IMG/VR virus record: IMGVR_UViG_3300012642_000011
Coordinates: 64,001-128,000 of that record
Reading direction: 5' to 3' (one strand)
Source of the DNA: a virus
Length of the DNA: 64,000 nucleotides
Position 1 is the first letter of the stretch. Every line of letters starts with the position of its first letter. Below the pieces are notes generated by a model, which saw only the letters and a list, made by a program, of their open reading frames with translations, ran no database searches and was not told the DNA's origin. This document shows positions 29,166-41,700 of this stretch, in pieces. The position numbers and the translations under genes were made by a program.

Positions 29166-31934
29166 ATGAGAATAGTTGAAGTTGACTTGTGGGAGGGAGA
29201 GGAGATTGTACCTCTTCTCCCTCCTGAGGGCGTTGATGAACTTTCAGAAGATAATGAGACTTTAGAAGAAGAGAAGTTTAATCTATTTAGTGAAGACAAT
29301 AAGCCAGAATGGGCATACACTAAAACTTATAAAAGAGTCATCATTCATGTTGACAACAACAAGATCAAATTCTATTCCATTGAAGATCTTTCTACAGATG
29401 AAGATCTTAATAAACTAGAGGGTTTCTCCAAAACTTCCAAAAACATCTGGGAAGCTAACAGGTCATCTGTCAATGCATTTATTCTTCGCCATATTATCAA
29501 GTCTATTCATGGTGGATTGTCCTCCAAAGAAGACGTGAAAGCATTGGCTACACTTGCTGACAACGCTGTTGATCCGCATGTGAGAATTAGTGATGATAAG
29601 ACCACTATTGAAATCTCTGCTCCACAAGTATGGGTGTATACTGATGTGTTGAGAAAACTTAGTGCCTACTACAGAAGAACAGGCATTTATTCCCTTCAAA
29701 TAGGAAAACTTCTTGATTTCCAATCTCTTTGTGAGAACATGGATGAAAGGTTTCCCCCATTCCGTGTAGATGATGACGTGTACGGACTAGTCAATGACCC
29801 AATTGAAGGATTTGATGGCACACTGGATTCATTGAGGTTCGTTGACATTGAAGAACTCAATGTCATCAGAGCAAACAAACAAAGCAATGACCAGTTGAGG
29901 AAATCAGAGAAAACTCTCGCTGAGAAGATGAGGGAATCAGGATATGCCACCCTGCATGACCTTATTATGACTATTCCACGAAAGTATATTTTCAAGAATG
30001 AATCACAGGACTTAAAAGACCTTGAAGAAGGAGAAACAGCGACAATCGTTGGAAAGATTGATTCCTCAGGAGAATTCGGCAACCCAAGAACAAGAGCATC
30101 AGGAATCTATTTCATGATCAAAACTGAAGGTGGTAACAACCTCCGAGTCAGTTTCTTCAATCAAAGATGGTTGCTTACACGTTTCAAGACGGGTGATGAA
30201 GTCATTGTTACAGGAAAATTCGGTTACTTCAATTTAAAGCCCCAAATCAGTGGAATCTCCATTGATCACATGGAAGATGCTGAACTTCTTCCTGTTGTCC
30301 CTGTGTACAAACAGCAACCCTCCAAGGGAATCACTACCAAACTGATTCTTTCTGCTATCAGAGAGTTGATAGCAAGAAGCGGTGCTGATATCTCCATGCC
30401 TGAATACTTTGAACCAGATAATAAGATGCCTACAGGAGAAGCGTTCAATGAACTGCACTTCCCATCTTCCCCAGAGCACCATGAAGCATGCATGGACACA
30501 CTTGCCTTCTATGAGATGGTCTATATGCAACTCGTCCTTCAAGAATCAAGAAGGAATCAGGTTTCTCATCAAGGAATCAAGATGGAAGAATCCGATTCAG
30601 CATTACAACAGAAAGCAATTGAGTCTCTTCCATTTACGTTGACCAATGCTCAGTCTCAAGCACTAGAGAAAATTAATCATTCTCTAGCAGGAAGTGAACC
30701 ATCATCAACCCTCGTCAACGCTGACGTAGGTTCAGGAAAGTCTATCATTGCTTTCCTGTCATGCCTGAGAGCAGCAGAATCGGGCTACCAGTCTGCTATT
30801 GTTGGCCCAACAGATGTTCTTGCCCGACAGTTGTATGCAGGTCTTGAGAGGGCTGTTGCGCCCCTTGGAGACGATGTTAGCATTGCTCTGATCACAGGAA
30901 GCATGAAAGTAAAAGAGAAGAATGCTATTTACAAGAAGGTGGCGGATGGAGAGATCGACATTGTGGTAGGAACACTGTCACTCGTCAAAACAAAAATGAA
31001 ATACAATAATCTCGGATTGATTGTGATTGACGAACAACAGAAATTCTCCGCAGAAGATCGAAGCAGACTTCTTTCCAGCAGAGAAGATGAGCGTGTTCCA
31101 GATCTCATCCAGCAGACAGCAACGCCTATTCCACGCTCTATTGCTCAGAGTTTCTTTGGCGATGTAGATATGATTATTCTTGATGAGAAGCCACCTGGCA
31201 GAATCCCCATTGTCACTGAATGGATACAAGAATCTCCTACTCAAATTATCAATGAGAAGGATCACCCCATGTGGCAGGACATCATAGATGAAGCAAAAAC
31301 AGGGAACCAGACCTTCATCATTGCCCCAATGGTGAAGGAATCAGATAAGATCGATGCAGCATCAGTGGAAAAAGCATATGAATCCATTAACAATGGAGTG
31401 CTGTCCTCTATTAATGTAGGATACGTCCATGGAAAAATGAAACCAGATGATCAAATGGAAGCAATGACCAAGTTCCGCAACAAGGAATATGATGTCCTTG
31501 TCGCATCCACTGTTGTTGAAGTTGGTGTAGACATCCCTGATGCCACTAGGGTCATTGTACTCTCTGCAGACAGATTGGGATCAGCCTCATTGCACCAAAT
31601 TAGAGGTCGTGTAGGAAGAAACCAAAAGCCATCCAAATGCTATCTCGTCTCCATTGGAAACACTAAGAATAGCCAAAAGAGACTACAGAACATTGTGGAT
31701 CACGCAGATGGATTCGATGTTGCTCAGGCAGACATGGAAAACCGTGGAACAGGAACTGTCTTCGGAACAGAGCAATCAGGAAACAGCGAAATGCTCTTTG
31801 CTGACCTTCTGACACATAAACACTTGATTGATGAAACAGTGGAATCTGCAAAGAGGATATTGAATTCAGAGAACAGAGAACAAGCACTTAAAGATGCATC
31901 TCAACTATTCATTTCAAAGGGGAGACTACTGTGA
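29166..31934 (+). CDS. RecG-like SF2 DNA helicase with about 450-aa N-terminal extension
   Basis: TxAQ motif LPFTLTNAQSQALEKI; Walker A VNADVGSGKSIIAF; Walker B VIDEQQKFS; helicase C region; GGAGAG RBS. Confidence 0.65.
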   Translation: MRIVEVDLWEGEEIVPLLPPEGVDELSEDNETLEEEKFNLFSEDNKPEWAYTKTYKRVIIHVDNNKIKFYSIEDLSTDEDLNKLEGFSKTSKNIWEANRSSVNAFILRHIIKSIHGGLSSKEDVKALATLADNAVDPHVRISDDKTTIEISAPQVWVYTDVLRKLSAYYRRTGIYSLQIGKLLDFQSLCENMDERFPPFRVDDDVYGLVNDPIEGFDGTLDSLRFVDIEELNVIRANKQSNDQLRKSEKTLAEKMRESGYATLHDLIMTIPRKYIFKNESQDLKDLEEGETATIVGKIDSSGEFGNPRTRASGIYFMIKTEGGNNLRVSFFNQRWLLTRFKTGDEVIVTGKFGYFNLKPQISGISIDHMEDAELLPVVPVYKQQPSKGITTKLILSAIRELIARSGADISMPEYFEPDNKMPTGEAFNELHFPSSPEHHEACMDTLAFYEMVYMQLVLQESRRNQVSHQGIKMEESDSALQQKAIESLPFTLTNAQSQALEKINHSLAGSEPSSTLVNADVGSGKSIIAFLSCLRAAESGYQSAIVGPTDVLARQLYAGLERAVAPLGDDVSIALITGSMKVKEKNAIYKKVADGEIDIVVGTLSLVKTKMKYNNLGLIVIDEQQKFSAEDRSRLLSSREDERVPDLIQQTATPIPRSIAQSFFGDVDMIILDEKPPGRIPIVTEWIQESPTQIINEKDHPMWQDIIDEAKTGNQTFIIAPMVKESDKIDAASVEKAYESINNGVLSSINVGYVHGKMKPDDQMEAMTKFRNKEYDVLVASTVVEVGVDIPDATRVIVLSADRLGSASLHQIRGRVGRNQKPSKCYLVSIGNTKNSQKRLQNIVDHADGFDVAQADMENRGTGTVFGTEQSGNSEMLFADLLTHKHLIDETVESAKRILNSENREQALKDASQLFISKGRLL

Positions 31935-32548
31935 GCACAGCAGCAGAACAAACAACAAAGAGAAACAAGTTTGCTTGGCTTGACAAAGATAAACCTTTCA
32001 TATCTTATCTTGTCATGCTAAGAAAACAGTACAACACGAATTTCAAGCAGTTCTTCACCGTAACAGGAATCTCTTTAGTCGTCTTCATTGTCATCGCTGC
32101 ACTCATTGATATCTTTACTCCCTTTACGCAATTGTTCATGGTATTGAGATCCCTCATGCTCATTCCCGGTTCTCTTCTCTTCTTCAGTCTGTTTTATAAT
32201 GTCAGCATCTTCTTAAGCAATGTCATGAAAGCAAGAGACCCACAATGGATTCCCTTTAGGTTCAGATTGTCCTATGCATGGCGTGTACGTATTGCAATCG
32301 TGGCTGCTGTGTTCCTTATCGTCTTGATCTATGGTGGCGAGTTTGACGCAGCCTACACGGCGAGATCTGCACTATATGCATCCCTCTTCCTTTCCCTCCT
32401 AGCATTCATCAGAATGACAAGCAAAGAAGCGGATTTGAGGAAGTATGGAATACCTGACCCACGAGACATTGAGAACAAGAGAAAAACATATGAAATGAGA
32501 AGTTCTCTTTCTGACAGAGGAACAAGAAGGAAAAACAAGAAACGATAA
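31931..32548 (+). CDS. membrane protein, hypothetical
   Basis: GTG start with AAAGGGGAG RBS; 4 TM; basic C-terminus. Confidence 0.45.
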   Translation: MSTAAEQTTKRNKFAWLDKDKPFISYLVMLRKQYNTNFKQFFTVTGISLVVFIVIAALIDIFTPFTQLFMVLRSLMLIPGSLLFFSLFYNVSIFLSNVMKARDPQWIPFRFRLSYAWRVRIAIVAAVFLIVLIYGGEFDAAYTARSALYASLFLSLLAFIRMTSKEADLRKYGIPDPRDIENKRKTYEMRSSLSDRGTRRKNKKR

Positions 32549-32559
32549 TTAAAAACAAT

Positions 32560-32602
32560 AAAGCACACAGGTCAACTAAAAACCTGTGTGCTTTATTGTT
32601 TC
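32560..32602 (+). terminator. intrinsic terminator
   Basis: AAAGCACACAGG/CCTGTGTGCTTT hairpin followed by ATTGTTTC. Confidence 0.7.
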
Positions 32603-32667
32603 ATACCAAAATATGATCGTTTGCTATCATAAGAGGTGAACATAGACATCAACATGATTGGACAAGG

Positions 32668-33231
32668 TTGAAACACATGAAGAAATACACCAAGCCATTG
32701 GTCTTTGGAGCAAGTATTGCAATGGTCGTTGCAGCATCTACTACCTCTGCCTACGCTCTGATGAATGAGATAGACAACAATGACGCTTCTACCACAAGCG
32801 GAACTGTAGGCTTTAAGAGCATGCATGATAAGTTCACAGAGGCATCCTACATTAAGAACTCTCCCAAGGAAGTATTTGTCAAGACAGCATTGGATAAAGA
32901 ACAAGTTCATCTTACATCTGATGGCAGTAGGGTTGCTCTCAGCGGTGAGCAACTGGTCTTCCCCAATAGTTATGAGACTAAAGAAGAGGGAGATTATGAT
33001 TTCGCCCTTGCCACGCTTGACAGCGTAGAAGACTTCATCAAGAAAGATGACGTTGACGTAGAGTACATTGGAGAGAAGACTATCCATGATGTCAAGGTCA
33101 AAGAATACTACATTGACTCACATGGACAAGGATCAACAGGAACAATGTACAAAGATGACAAGGATATCATCAGAGGATACACCTCAAAATCTGGTGAAGT
33201 TGATATCTTCATCACTGAATACAACCAGTGA
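32668..33231 (+). CDS. secreted protein with signal peptide, hypothetical
   Basis: MKHMKKYTKPLVFGASIAMVVAASTTSAYA signal peptide; preceded by a TTGCTATCATAAG promoter-like element also seen at 20111. Confidence 0.45.
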   Translation: MKHMKKYTKPLVFGASIAMVVAASTTSAYALMNEIDNNDASTTSGTVGFKSMHDKFTEASYIKNSPKEVFVKTALDKEQVHLTSDGSRVALSGEQLVFPNSYETKEEGDYDFALATLDSVEDFIKKDDVDVEYIGEKTIHDVKVKEYYIDSHGQGSTGTMYKDDKDIIRGYTSKSGEVDIFITEYNQ

Positions 33232-33278
33232 TCATTGTCCTATGTTCAAAACTACAACTTCATAGATAACACGAAGAA

Positions 33279-33318
33279 GGTGGGATAGATTTGATTTCTA
33301 TCCCACCTTCTCTGTTTC
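33279..33318. terminator. bidirectional terminator between convergent genes
   Basis: GGTGGGATAGA/CTATCCCACC hairpin flanked by T-rich tracts on both strands. Confidence 0.6.
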
Positions 33319-33338
33319 AATCAATTGTCAATTCAGCA

Positions 33339-34361
33339 TCATACTGCAGTCAACATCTTCATTTTAGATGTGGATTCAATGGCTGTATAGAACTTTGTCA
33401 CGTTAAAGGACATACGCCCATAGTCATTCCTCAACTTGTCAACTACATTAGCCAATGATTTCAGTGCTCCGTGCCTTTCATTTTCAGATGCTGACTCATC
33501 TGACACCATGTTCAACAATTGCTTTGCTGTTTTCAAAAGTTTCTTCTCTTCCCTAGAGAGAACTCCCCACTTGACTTGCTCCGCGTACTCTTTAGCCGTC
33601 TCCAACTGTGCAGCGAACTCGCTGGAAGCATGTTCTACTTCCTTGATGTCATCTGTAGTCAAAGAATCATCTGGGACATTTTTGATGAAATCGGCTTTAG
33701 AAACAGCAATCTTTTGTTTTCTAGAGAGTTCAATGATCACAGGAGAAGACATGTTAGTAAACTCGGGGTAATCAAAAGTCCATACTGGGTCAAGTTCAAT
33801 TCGTCCTCTTTCTGTGACGGTAGACTCAATAGAAGCAATTGCTCTATTCCTCCTGTCGATGAGATCATTTCTATGATTTCTCTGATTGATCTCCATCTGT
33901 TTCCTCTGGTCTCTTGCAGACATCATCTTAGGAAGATAATGAGCCATCACAAAGAAGGCAGCAACAACTGCAATCAATACAATAGCAATGCCAACAAACC
34001 ATGGAAGGAATGACCAATCTACAGGATCAGGTATAGATTCTGCTGGTGGCGGTGTTGTCTCTACTGCCGTGGCTGGTTCTTGTGTGTCTGTTTCAATGAC
34101 GCCCCCAGCAGGGTTAGCAGATTGTTTATCTTCAAGGTTTCGTACAAAAAAGAAAATAGGTAAAATTAAAAACGAGGATAATACTAAGTAAAGCATAGCA
34201 GATGCTACTTTTCCTTTGAGGACCAAATTCAAAATCATTAAAAGCCAAATAACAAGAAGTATGATGCATGTTAACCATATTAATGAACTGCCTGTTAAAA
34301 TTGCTAATAATGGTACATAGTTTGACAATGTTTCCATGGCTATGGACTTTCTGATGATCAT
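33339..34361 (-). CDS. membrane protein with coiled-coil C-terminal region (minus strand)
   Basis: one of only two minus-strand genes; AGGGAAA RBS; 3-4 TM then coiled-coil; no recognised enzymatic motif. Confidence 0.5.
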   Translation of the reverse strand: MIIRKSIAMETLSNYVPLLAILTGSSLIWLTCIILLVIWLLMILNLVLKGKVASAMLYLVLSSFLILPIFFFVRNLEDKQSANPAGGVIETDTQEPATAVETTPPPAESIPDPVDWSFLPWFVGIAIVLIAVVAAFFVMAHYLPKMMSARDQRKQMEINQRNHRNDLIDRRNRAIASIESTVTERGRIELDPVWTFDYPEFTNMSSPVIIELSRKQKIAVSKADFIKNVPDDSLTTDDIKEVEHASSEFAAQLETAKEYAEQVKWGVLSREEKKLLKTAKQLLNMVSDESASENERHGALKSLANVVDKLRNDYGRMSFNVTKFYTAIESTSKMKMLTAV

Positions 34362-34431
34362 GATTTTCCCTATTTTACCAAATGCCTATTTTAACTGTTC
34401 CTATCGGGCGAAAACCTCAACACCATAGTAT

Positions 34432-34460
34432 TTGACAACCCCATCCTACCGTGATACAAT
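34432..34460 (+). promoter_or_regulatory. consensus sigma70-type promoter
   Basis: TTGACA, 17-nt spacer, TACAAT; divergent from the minus-strand gene. Confidence 0.6.
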
Positions 34461-34712
34461 AACGAAGTATTACATCAACGATATGAGTGTATGAAAAGAG
34501 GTGGGTGTCATGTCTGCAATGCTTATAAGAGTGAACAGCACATTGCTCTCATTGACGACGCTCTCTTCTAGAAGCCTTGATTCTGGCATCATGCCATGCT
34601 CATTGCCATGCTTGGAAAAAATTGGTAAGACAATTGTAGCCACGCATAGCAATACATGGGGAACATGGGCCAAAACAAGAACAAAATTAAATACAAAAAA
34701 CAAAATAGAAAA

Positions 34713-34756
34713 GCATCACAGAGATAAGAAGAAAATATCTCCTGTGGTGCTTTTCT
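34713..34756 (+). terminator. leader terminator / attenuator-like hairpin
   Basis: 14-bp hairpin GCATCACAGAGATA...TATCTC(C)TGTGGTGC followed by TTTTCT, about 30 nt upstream of the next start codon and about 260 nt downstream of the promoter. Confidence 0.5.
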
Positions 34757-34789
34757 ACATCCGAAAGAAAGAAAACAAGGAGAATCCTC

Positions 34790-35182
34790 GTGAAAAGAAC
34801 ATCCCTCATCAACGCATTCGGCAATATCCTTCCAACATCTGTGGCAGAGACAACCGAAACTTTTGAACACCTAATCAATGCCAGCAGAGGACATGATCTG
34901 TCCTCTATTGACCCGAAGCAATTATTCGACTTGGCTGAAACCCAAGAAGTTGAATCATCATGGGTGACCAAGAGTTCTATTACTAACGCACATGAAGTAC
35001 ATACAGAAATCTTAGACAGAGCAAACAACACGATTGAATATAGGATTTATACAGGCTTTAGTAATGAAACTGTAGCAGATGAAGATAATAATTTCACTTA
35101 CTATGATCCAAGTGAATGTAGGTTCACCCACAAAGAAGCGACCAAAGTCAACGAAGAGATCAAGAAACTCGTTGCTTTTTGA
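34790..35182 (+). CDS. hypothetical protein
   Basis: GTG start with AAGGAGAA RBS; 130 aa. Confidence 0.4.
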   Translation: MKRTSLINAFGNILPTSVAETTETFEHLINASRGHDLSSIDPKQLFDLAETQEVESSWVTKSSITNAHEVHTEILDRANNTIEYRIYTGFSNETVADEDNNFTYYDPSECRFTHKEATKVNEEIKKLVAF

Positions 35183-35199
35183 GAAAGAGAGATATATCA

Positions 35200-35547
35200 A
35201 TGCCTACCGATACAAGGTGCGGGGACACGTTATGCGAATGCTGTTACCCAGAAAACATTGAAGAACCAGAAGGATGCCTCAAGATCATCCCTGTAAGCAA
35301 AGAAGAAACAATGTTAGCAATGATGACATCAGTATACTTGTGCATTCATATTGAAGCAAACGGGAATACACACATTAAAGGAAAGATCTGTTTAAAGAAT
35401 GGAAAATCAGGATTTGACAAAGAAGACTTTGTTTTCATTCACTCCAACAATAGACGATATCCTGACAACATCACAATGAGCGAATCAGCAATCGATATCG
35501 TGAAGTACGTGGCAGCATATAGGACAAGGAAAAAACTATCAGTTTGA
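35200..35547 (+). CDS. Cys-rich hypothetical protein
   Basis: C-x-C-C and CLK..GKIC motifs suggest a zinc-binding small protein; a TTG start at 35179 is also possible. Confidence 0.4.
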   Translation: MPTDTRCGDTLCECCYPENIEEPEGCLKIIPVSKEETMLAMMTSVYLCIHIEANGNTHIKGKICLKNGKSGFDKEDFVFIHSNNRRYPDNITMSESAIDIVKYVAAYRTRKKLSV

Positions 35548-35688
35548 TAAGATAATAAAACTGTTTCTTAGAGATACGAAAAAGAAATAATATACATACT
35601 TCAATCCGTTGAGAGTAGAGAGGGTATGTATTGTAATCATGTATGCAAACATACGAGTTTATTTTAAATTGAGCATAACAGGAGATAG

Positions 35689-36663
<975 letters not shown>

Positions 36664-36744
36664 TTGATAGAAATTGGTAAGATCCTGTGAACATGGTCAA
36701 CTCATGTTCACAGGATCTTACTTTTGCTCAAGGAGACATTATAG

Positions 36745-38407
36745 AATGAGAATCAGGAATACAGAGGACTTCATTCAAAGAGCAAAAAGTATTCATGGGG
36801 ACAGGTTTGACTACTCTCCAACGCAGTACACTAAACTCAAAGAAAAAGTGATCATCATCTGTCCTGATCATGGTGAATTCTCTACTTACCCTAACACACA
36901 TTTGGGAAGCAAAGGTGGTACAGGGTGCAAAGAATGCGCTATGGCAACAAGAAGAATGTCTCCTGAAGAGTATATTCAAAAGGCAAAAGAAATCCATGGG
37001 GATAAATTTGATTACTCCCAGACGAGATTTACCAAAATGGCTGACCAGATCACTGTTCTTTGCAGAGAACATGGCGAGTTCACCCAGAATGCTCAAAATC
37101 ATTTACGAGGAATGAACGGTTGCTCTGAATGCAATGGGCAAAGTGTGATCTCTGTACAAGAATATGTCACAAGAGCAAAAGAGAAACATGGAGATCGATT
37201 TGATTACTCCAAAGTGATGCAATTCAAGAACCTTCATGAGAAAATCACTGTCATCTGTAATGAGCACCGTGAATCCTATAGGATTGAAGCCAACTCTCAC
37301 TTAAGAGGAAACAACGGCTGTAGAAAATGTAATAAATATGCCCCATATGATACTGCCAAGTTTGACAACAAGATACAATCTCATGGATCTGGCAGGTATG
37401 ATTACTCCAAGGTTGACTTGAGTTCCTTCAATGTTAAAACATCTTCTCCTATCATCTGCACAATAGATGATCATGGCACATTCTATCAGTCCTTTGATGC
37501 TCACTTTGCTGGCAAGGAAGGGTGTCGTAAATGTGATGAAGCAGGGACATCTAAGCGGGAGAAGGAATTCATTGAATTCATTATGGATGTCTATGATGGC
37601 AGAATCATCACTAATGATAGGAAAGTTCTCAACGGAAAGGAACTTGACATCTATCTTCCAGAGATCAATGTAGCCATTGAATTTAATGGTATTTATTGGC
37701 ATCAGGAAAAATTCTCGGGGAAGAAAAAGCACTCTGAAAAATATTGGGCATGCCATGATCAAGGGATCAGATTGTTAACTGTGTGGGAGGATGATTGGAA
37801 TAATAAGAAAGAGATTGTCAAGAAGCATGTTCAGCATGTGATGGGAATTAATAATCAGAGAAGAATTTATGCAAGGAATACGAATGTCAGCATAGTGGAC
37901 AGGTGGGAAGCATCAGCATTCCATGAGAGTAATCACATTCAAGGATCAGTGAGTGCTTCTGAACATTGGGGTCTGAAAGACAAGGGATCAGGCGTTCTTG
38001 TAGCAATTGCATCCTTCAAGAAGGCAAAGAATGGTTACATATTGGAGAGGTATTCTACGTCTGAACATGTCATTGGTGGTCATTCTAAAATAGTCAAAGC
38101 ATTCATGAAAGAGCATCCGAATTCTATGCTAACGACGTTTGCTGATTTATCTTTTTCTGATGGTGGTTTGTATGAGAAAACAGGATGGATTCAGGATAAG
38201 ATATTGCCTCCTGATTATTACTACATCTTCAGGAATGAGAGGAAGCATAAGTTCGGTTTCAGGAAGAAGAGGTTTAAGAATGATCCTTCGCTTTTTTATG
38301 ATGAATCTTTAACTGAATCACAGTTGGCTCATATCAATGGGATTCAGAGAGTTTATGATTGTGGTAAGATACGTTTTACGTTTCCTTTTCATCAAGACAG
38401 ACCCTGA
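36745..38407 (+). CDS. free-standing homing-endonuclease-like protein: tandem Cys/His DNA-binding repeats + Vsr/DUF559-like PD-(D/E)xK nuclease domain
   Basis: at least 4 repeats of about 65 aa (F.QRAK.IHGD+FDYS...V..IC..HGEF......HL.G..GC..C); C-terminal GKELDIYLPEINVAIEFNGIYWH (DUF559/Vsr-like); sits between nrdF and nrdE like T4 mobE; start 36745 has an AAGGAG RBS. Confidence 0.5.
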
Positions 38408-38552
38408 ATTTTAATTGTTCGTTGAGAGAAAATTCATGTGTATTATCTCACATCGAAATTATCCATGATGGAAGAACAGCATGAAATCAATGGTTGCTTA
38501 ACAGGTAATGGTGATATAGGAAGTTATGAGAGGAATATTTTTAAACTACTCT

Positions 38553-38561
38553 TGTTAGAAT
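38553..38561 (+). promoter_or_regulatory. extended -10 promoter-like motif TGTTAGAAT
   Basis: CTTGTTAGAATATACT about 160 nt upstream of nrdE; same motif as at 5875. Confidence 0.4.
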
Positions 38562-38717
38562 ATACTCCGACAACAAAATAAAAAGAAAAAGTACGGCATC
38601 ATGTCGATGATGCTCATGTGTGACCTACGTAAGTGCTGTTTTCGTGGGTCATTTTTTACCCCAAGCATTGATTACCAATGCCCATAGACTTTAAAACACG
38701 ACACAAGGAGGACAAGT

Positions 38718-41700
38718 ATGTCTGAATTCAATGGAACAACCCACGACAAAGAAGAGAACGTGGATTACCATGAGTTGAACGCCCAGGTGAAACTGATGGG
38801 TGAAGATGGAAAACTTCAGTTGCATAAGGACAAAGAGGCAGCCAGAGCATTCTTCCTCCACCATGTCAATGAGAACACAGTGTTCTTCCACGATCTTGAA
38901 GAGAAACTGGATTACCTCTTCAAGAATGACTACTACGAGAAGGAACTCTTCGACAAGTATGACTTCGATTTCGTGAAGTCACTTTACAAGAAGGCATACG
39001 CTTACAAGTTCCGTTTCCCATCCTTCATGGGAGCATTCAAGTACTACACATCCTATACTCTGAAGACATTCGACGGCAAGAGATATCTTGAACGCTATGA
39101 GGATAGGGTTGTCGTTGTTGCTCTTTACCTTGCTGATGGTGACGAGGATGCTGCAGAGCACTTGCTTGATGAGATGATGGGCGGACGTTTCCAGCCTGCC
39201 ACTCCAACCTTCTTGAATGCAGGAAAGAAGCAGCGTGGTGAGATGGTGTCGTGTTTCGAAGGCGATACACCAATTTCTACACCCCATGGTGAAATTACAA
39301 TCTCCAACATTGTTGAGGGGGATTCAGTTTACACACACGATGGCAGCGTGCAAAAGGTAACAGGAGTTATGTCTCGTGAGGAAAGTGACGGAATAGTTTC
39401 TCTTACTGTTATTGGACAAAAAGAAAAGTTCTCTTCTACTAAAGAGCACCCTGTCCTTGTTTACAGAAAAAACTCATCTCAAGACACCTTAATTGATGGT
39501 GATGGAAGTACTGAGAATGTAAAGTGGATTGCAGCGGGAGAAGTTCTTCCTGGTGATTTCATTGCTCTGTCTGTTCCAAGAAGAAGTTCCGAATCTGTTT
39601 CAGAACTGAAGATTTCAGATTACGTTAAAACGCCATCTACATGGGGTAGGACTCTTGATGTTGATGTAGAAAACGATCTTGTTTACATTGGATCAATCGA
39701 CAAGAAAAACAATAAAAAGAAGGGGTCTAATGTTTTAAAGAACTCATATTCTTTGAAAAACACCATCTCTGTGAACGAAGATTTCGGACGACTTGTAGGA
39801 TACTACATTTCTGAGGGATATGCTCATTACACGAATGGGGTAAATAAGGGAATTCGATTCACTTTCGGATCAAAAGAAGATATCTTTATCAAGGATACCG
39901 TCAATCTGATTGAAAGAATCTTCGGCTTTACGCCTACTGTGAGAGAAAACGTAGATGGCTCAACGAATGTGGCTGCTTGGTCTCAAATTATGGGAGAATT
40001 CTTTGTTTCCCTTATCGGAACTGGATTTAATAAGAAGAGGTTGAACACTCTTCTACTTGATGCTTCTGATGAATTCCTCAAAGGTATGCTTGTAGGATGC
40101 TTCAGAGGGGATGGAACAGTCCTTGACAGAAGCGCAGAAGTCTCTTTGTCCAACCCTGAGATTATTTCTCAATTAAGAACTGCTGCTTTGAGGATTGGAC
40201 TTCTTCCGTATGAGAGAACCTTCTTCAGTGCTTCAGGGTCACCTACATCCACCTTGAAGATTCCTGCTATCAGCGAAAACAATGTTGACTTCATTAAATA
40301 CATTGATAAAAATGCAGATAGATTTGATGGTGTACTTGCCTCTGATCAGTTTAGATTTGCAAGGATCATTGATGGATACGTAATGTATAAAGTAAAGGCA
40401 TCTTCATTCGAAGAAAAAACTACTACTGTTTACAATCTTGAAGTAGAGAACAATCATACCTATGTAGCAAGAGGGTACATTGCTCACAACTGCTTCCTCT
40501 TGAGAACAGAAGACAACCTTGAATCCATTGCAAGAAACATTACCAACGCTTTGCAGTTGTCTAAGCGTGGTGGCGGTGTTGCTTTGAACCTCACCAACGT
40601 TCGTGAGCAGGGTGCTCCTATTAAGAACATTGAGGGACAGTCCTCTGGAATCATTCCTGTCATGAAACTTCTTGAGGATTCATTCTCCTATGCTAACCAG
40701 TTGGGAGCACGTCAGGGAGCAGGTGCAGTGTACTTGAACGCACACCACCCTGACATCATGAGATTCCTTGACACTAAGCGTGAGAACGCAGATGAGAAGA
40801 TCAGGATTAAGACACTTTCCATTGGTATTGTCATTCCTGACATCACTTTTGAACTTGCTAAGCGCAATGATGACATGTATCTGTTCTCACCTTATGATGT
40901 TGAGAAATTCTACGGTAAGCCTTTCAGTGACATCGATATCACGGAAGAGTACTACGATATGGTAGATAACCCCAAGATCCGTAAGCAAAAGATTAAAGCA
41001 CGTTCACTCTTCCAGACCATTGCTGAGCTACAGTTTGAGTCAGGATACCCCTACCTCATGTTTGAGGACAACGTAAACGCGCAGTCACAGTTGGATGGAA
41101 AGGTTACACATTCCAACCTCTGCGTCACAGCAGAGACACAGTTGCTTACAGATTCAGGAAACGTCCGTGCAGGAGACCTCTTTGAATCACAAAATTCCTT
41201 CAACGTCATCGTTGATGAGAGAGCACGTACTATGGATCTTGATGCAGACGGAGTAGCCAGTGTTACATCAACCAAGATGTTCAAGACAGCAGAGAATACT
41301 CCTGTGTTCAAAATGTCCACTATTGAGGGGTATGAGTTAAGAGCAACAGAGTACCATAAGATCTACGTGGAGCGTAAGGACGAGAATGATGATCCTATCC
41401 TTGTGAAGATCCCCTTGGGTGAGGTCAAGCCAGGTGACAAAGTTCTCATTCAACCATCAGAGGGTGCATACGGACACGTTCACAAGCCTGATCTTGCATT
41501 CATTGCAGGATTCATTGCAGGTGAGGGTTCTCTTGTAGAGGACAAGGACTCTAAGTACTCACCATCTGCAAGACTGACAATCAAGCCAAAGAATAAGTCA
41601 GAGATCAGCAAGATCAATAAGATCGTGGAGAACATCTTCTACAGTGATGATGCCATTGGTCTCGTTGATGAGTCCACACGTATTCCTACTTTCACTGAAA

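Noticed and set aside
34501-34866. 121-aa ORF over the leader region
   Set aside because: Low-complexity, Lys/Asn-rich product; overlaps the downstream gene's RBS and start. The region is better explained as an untranslated leader with a terminator hairpin, though a short leader peptide at its 5' end cannot be excluded.
38408-38717. Possible cobalamin riboswitch or NrdR box array upstream of nrdE
   Set aside because: No B12-box (rAGYCMGgAGaCCkGCc-like) and no clear NrdR palindromes. Only the TGTTAGAAT promoter-like motif is recognisable. The GTATG/CATAC inverted repeats upstream of nrdF (about 35610..35665) are too weak to call.
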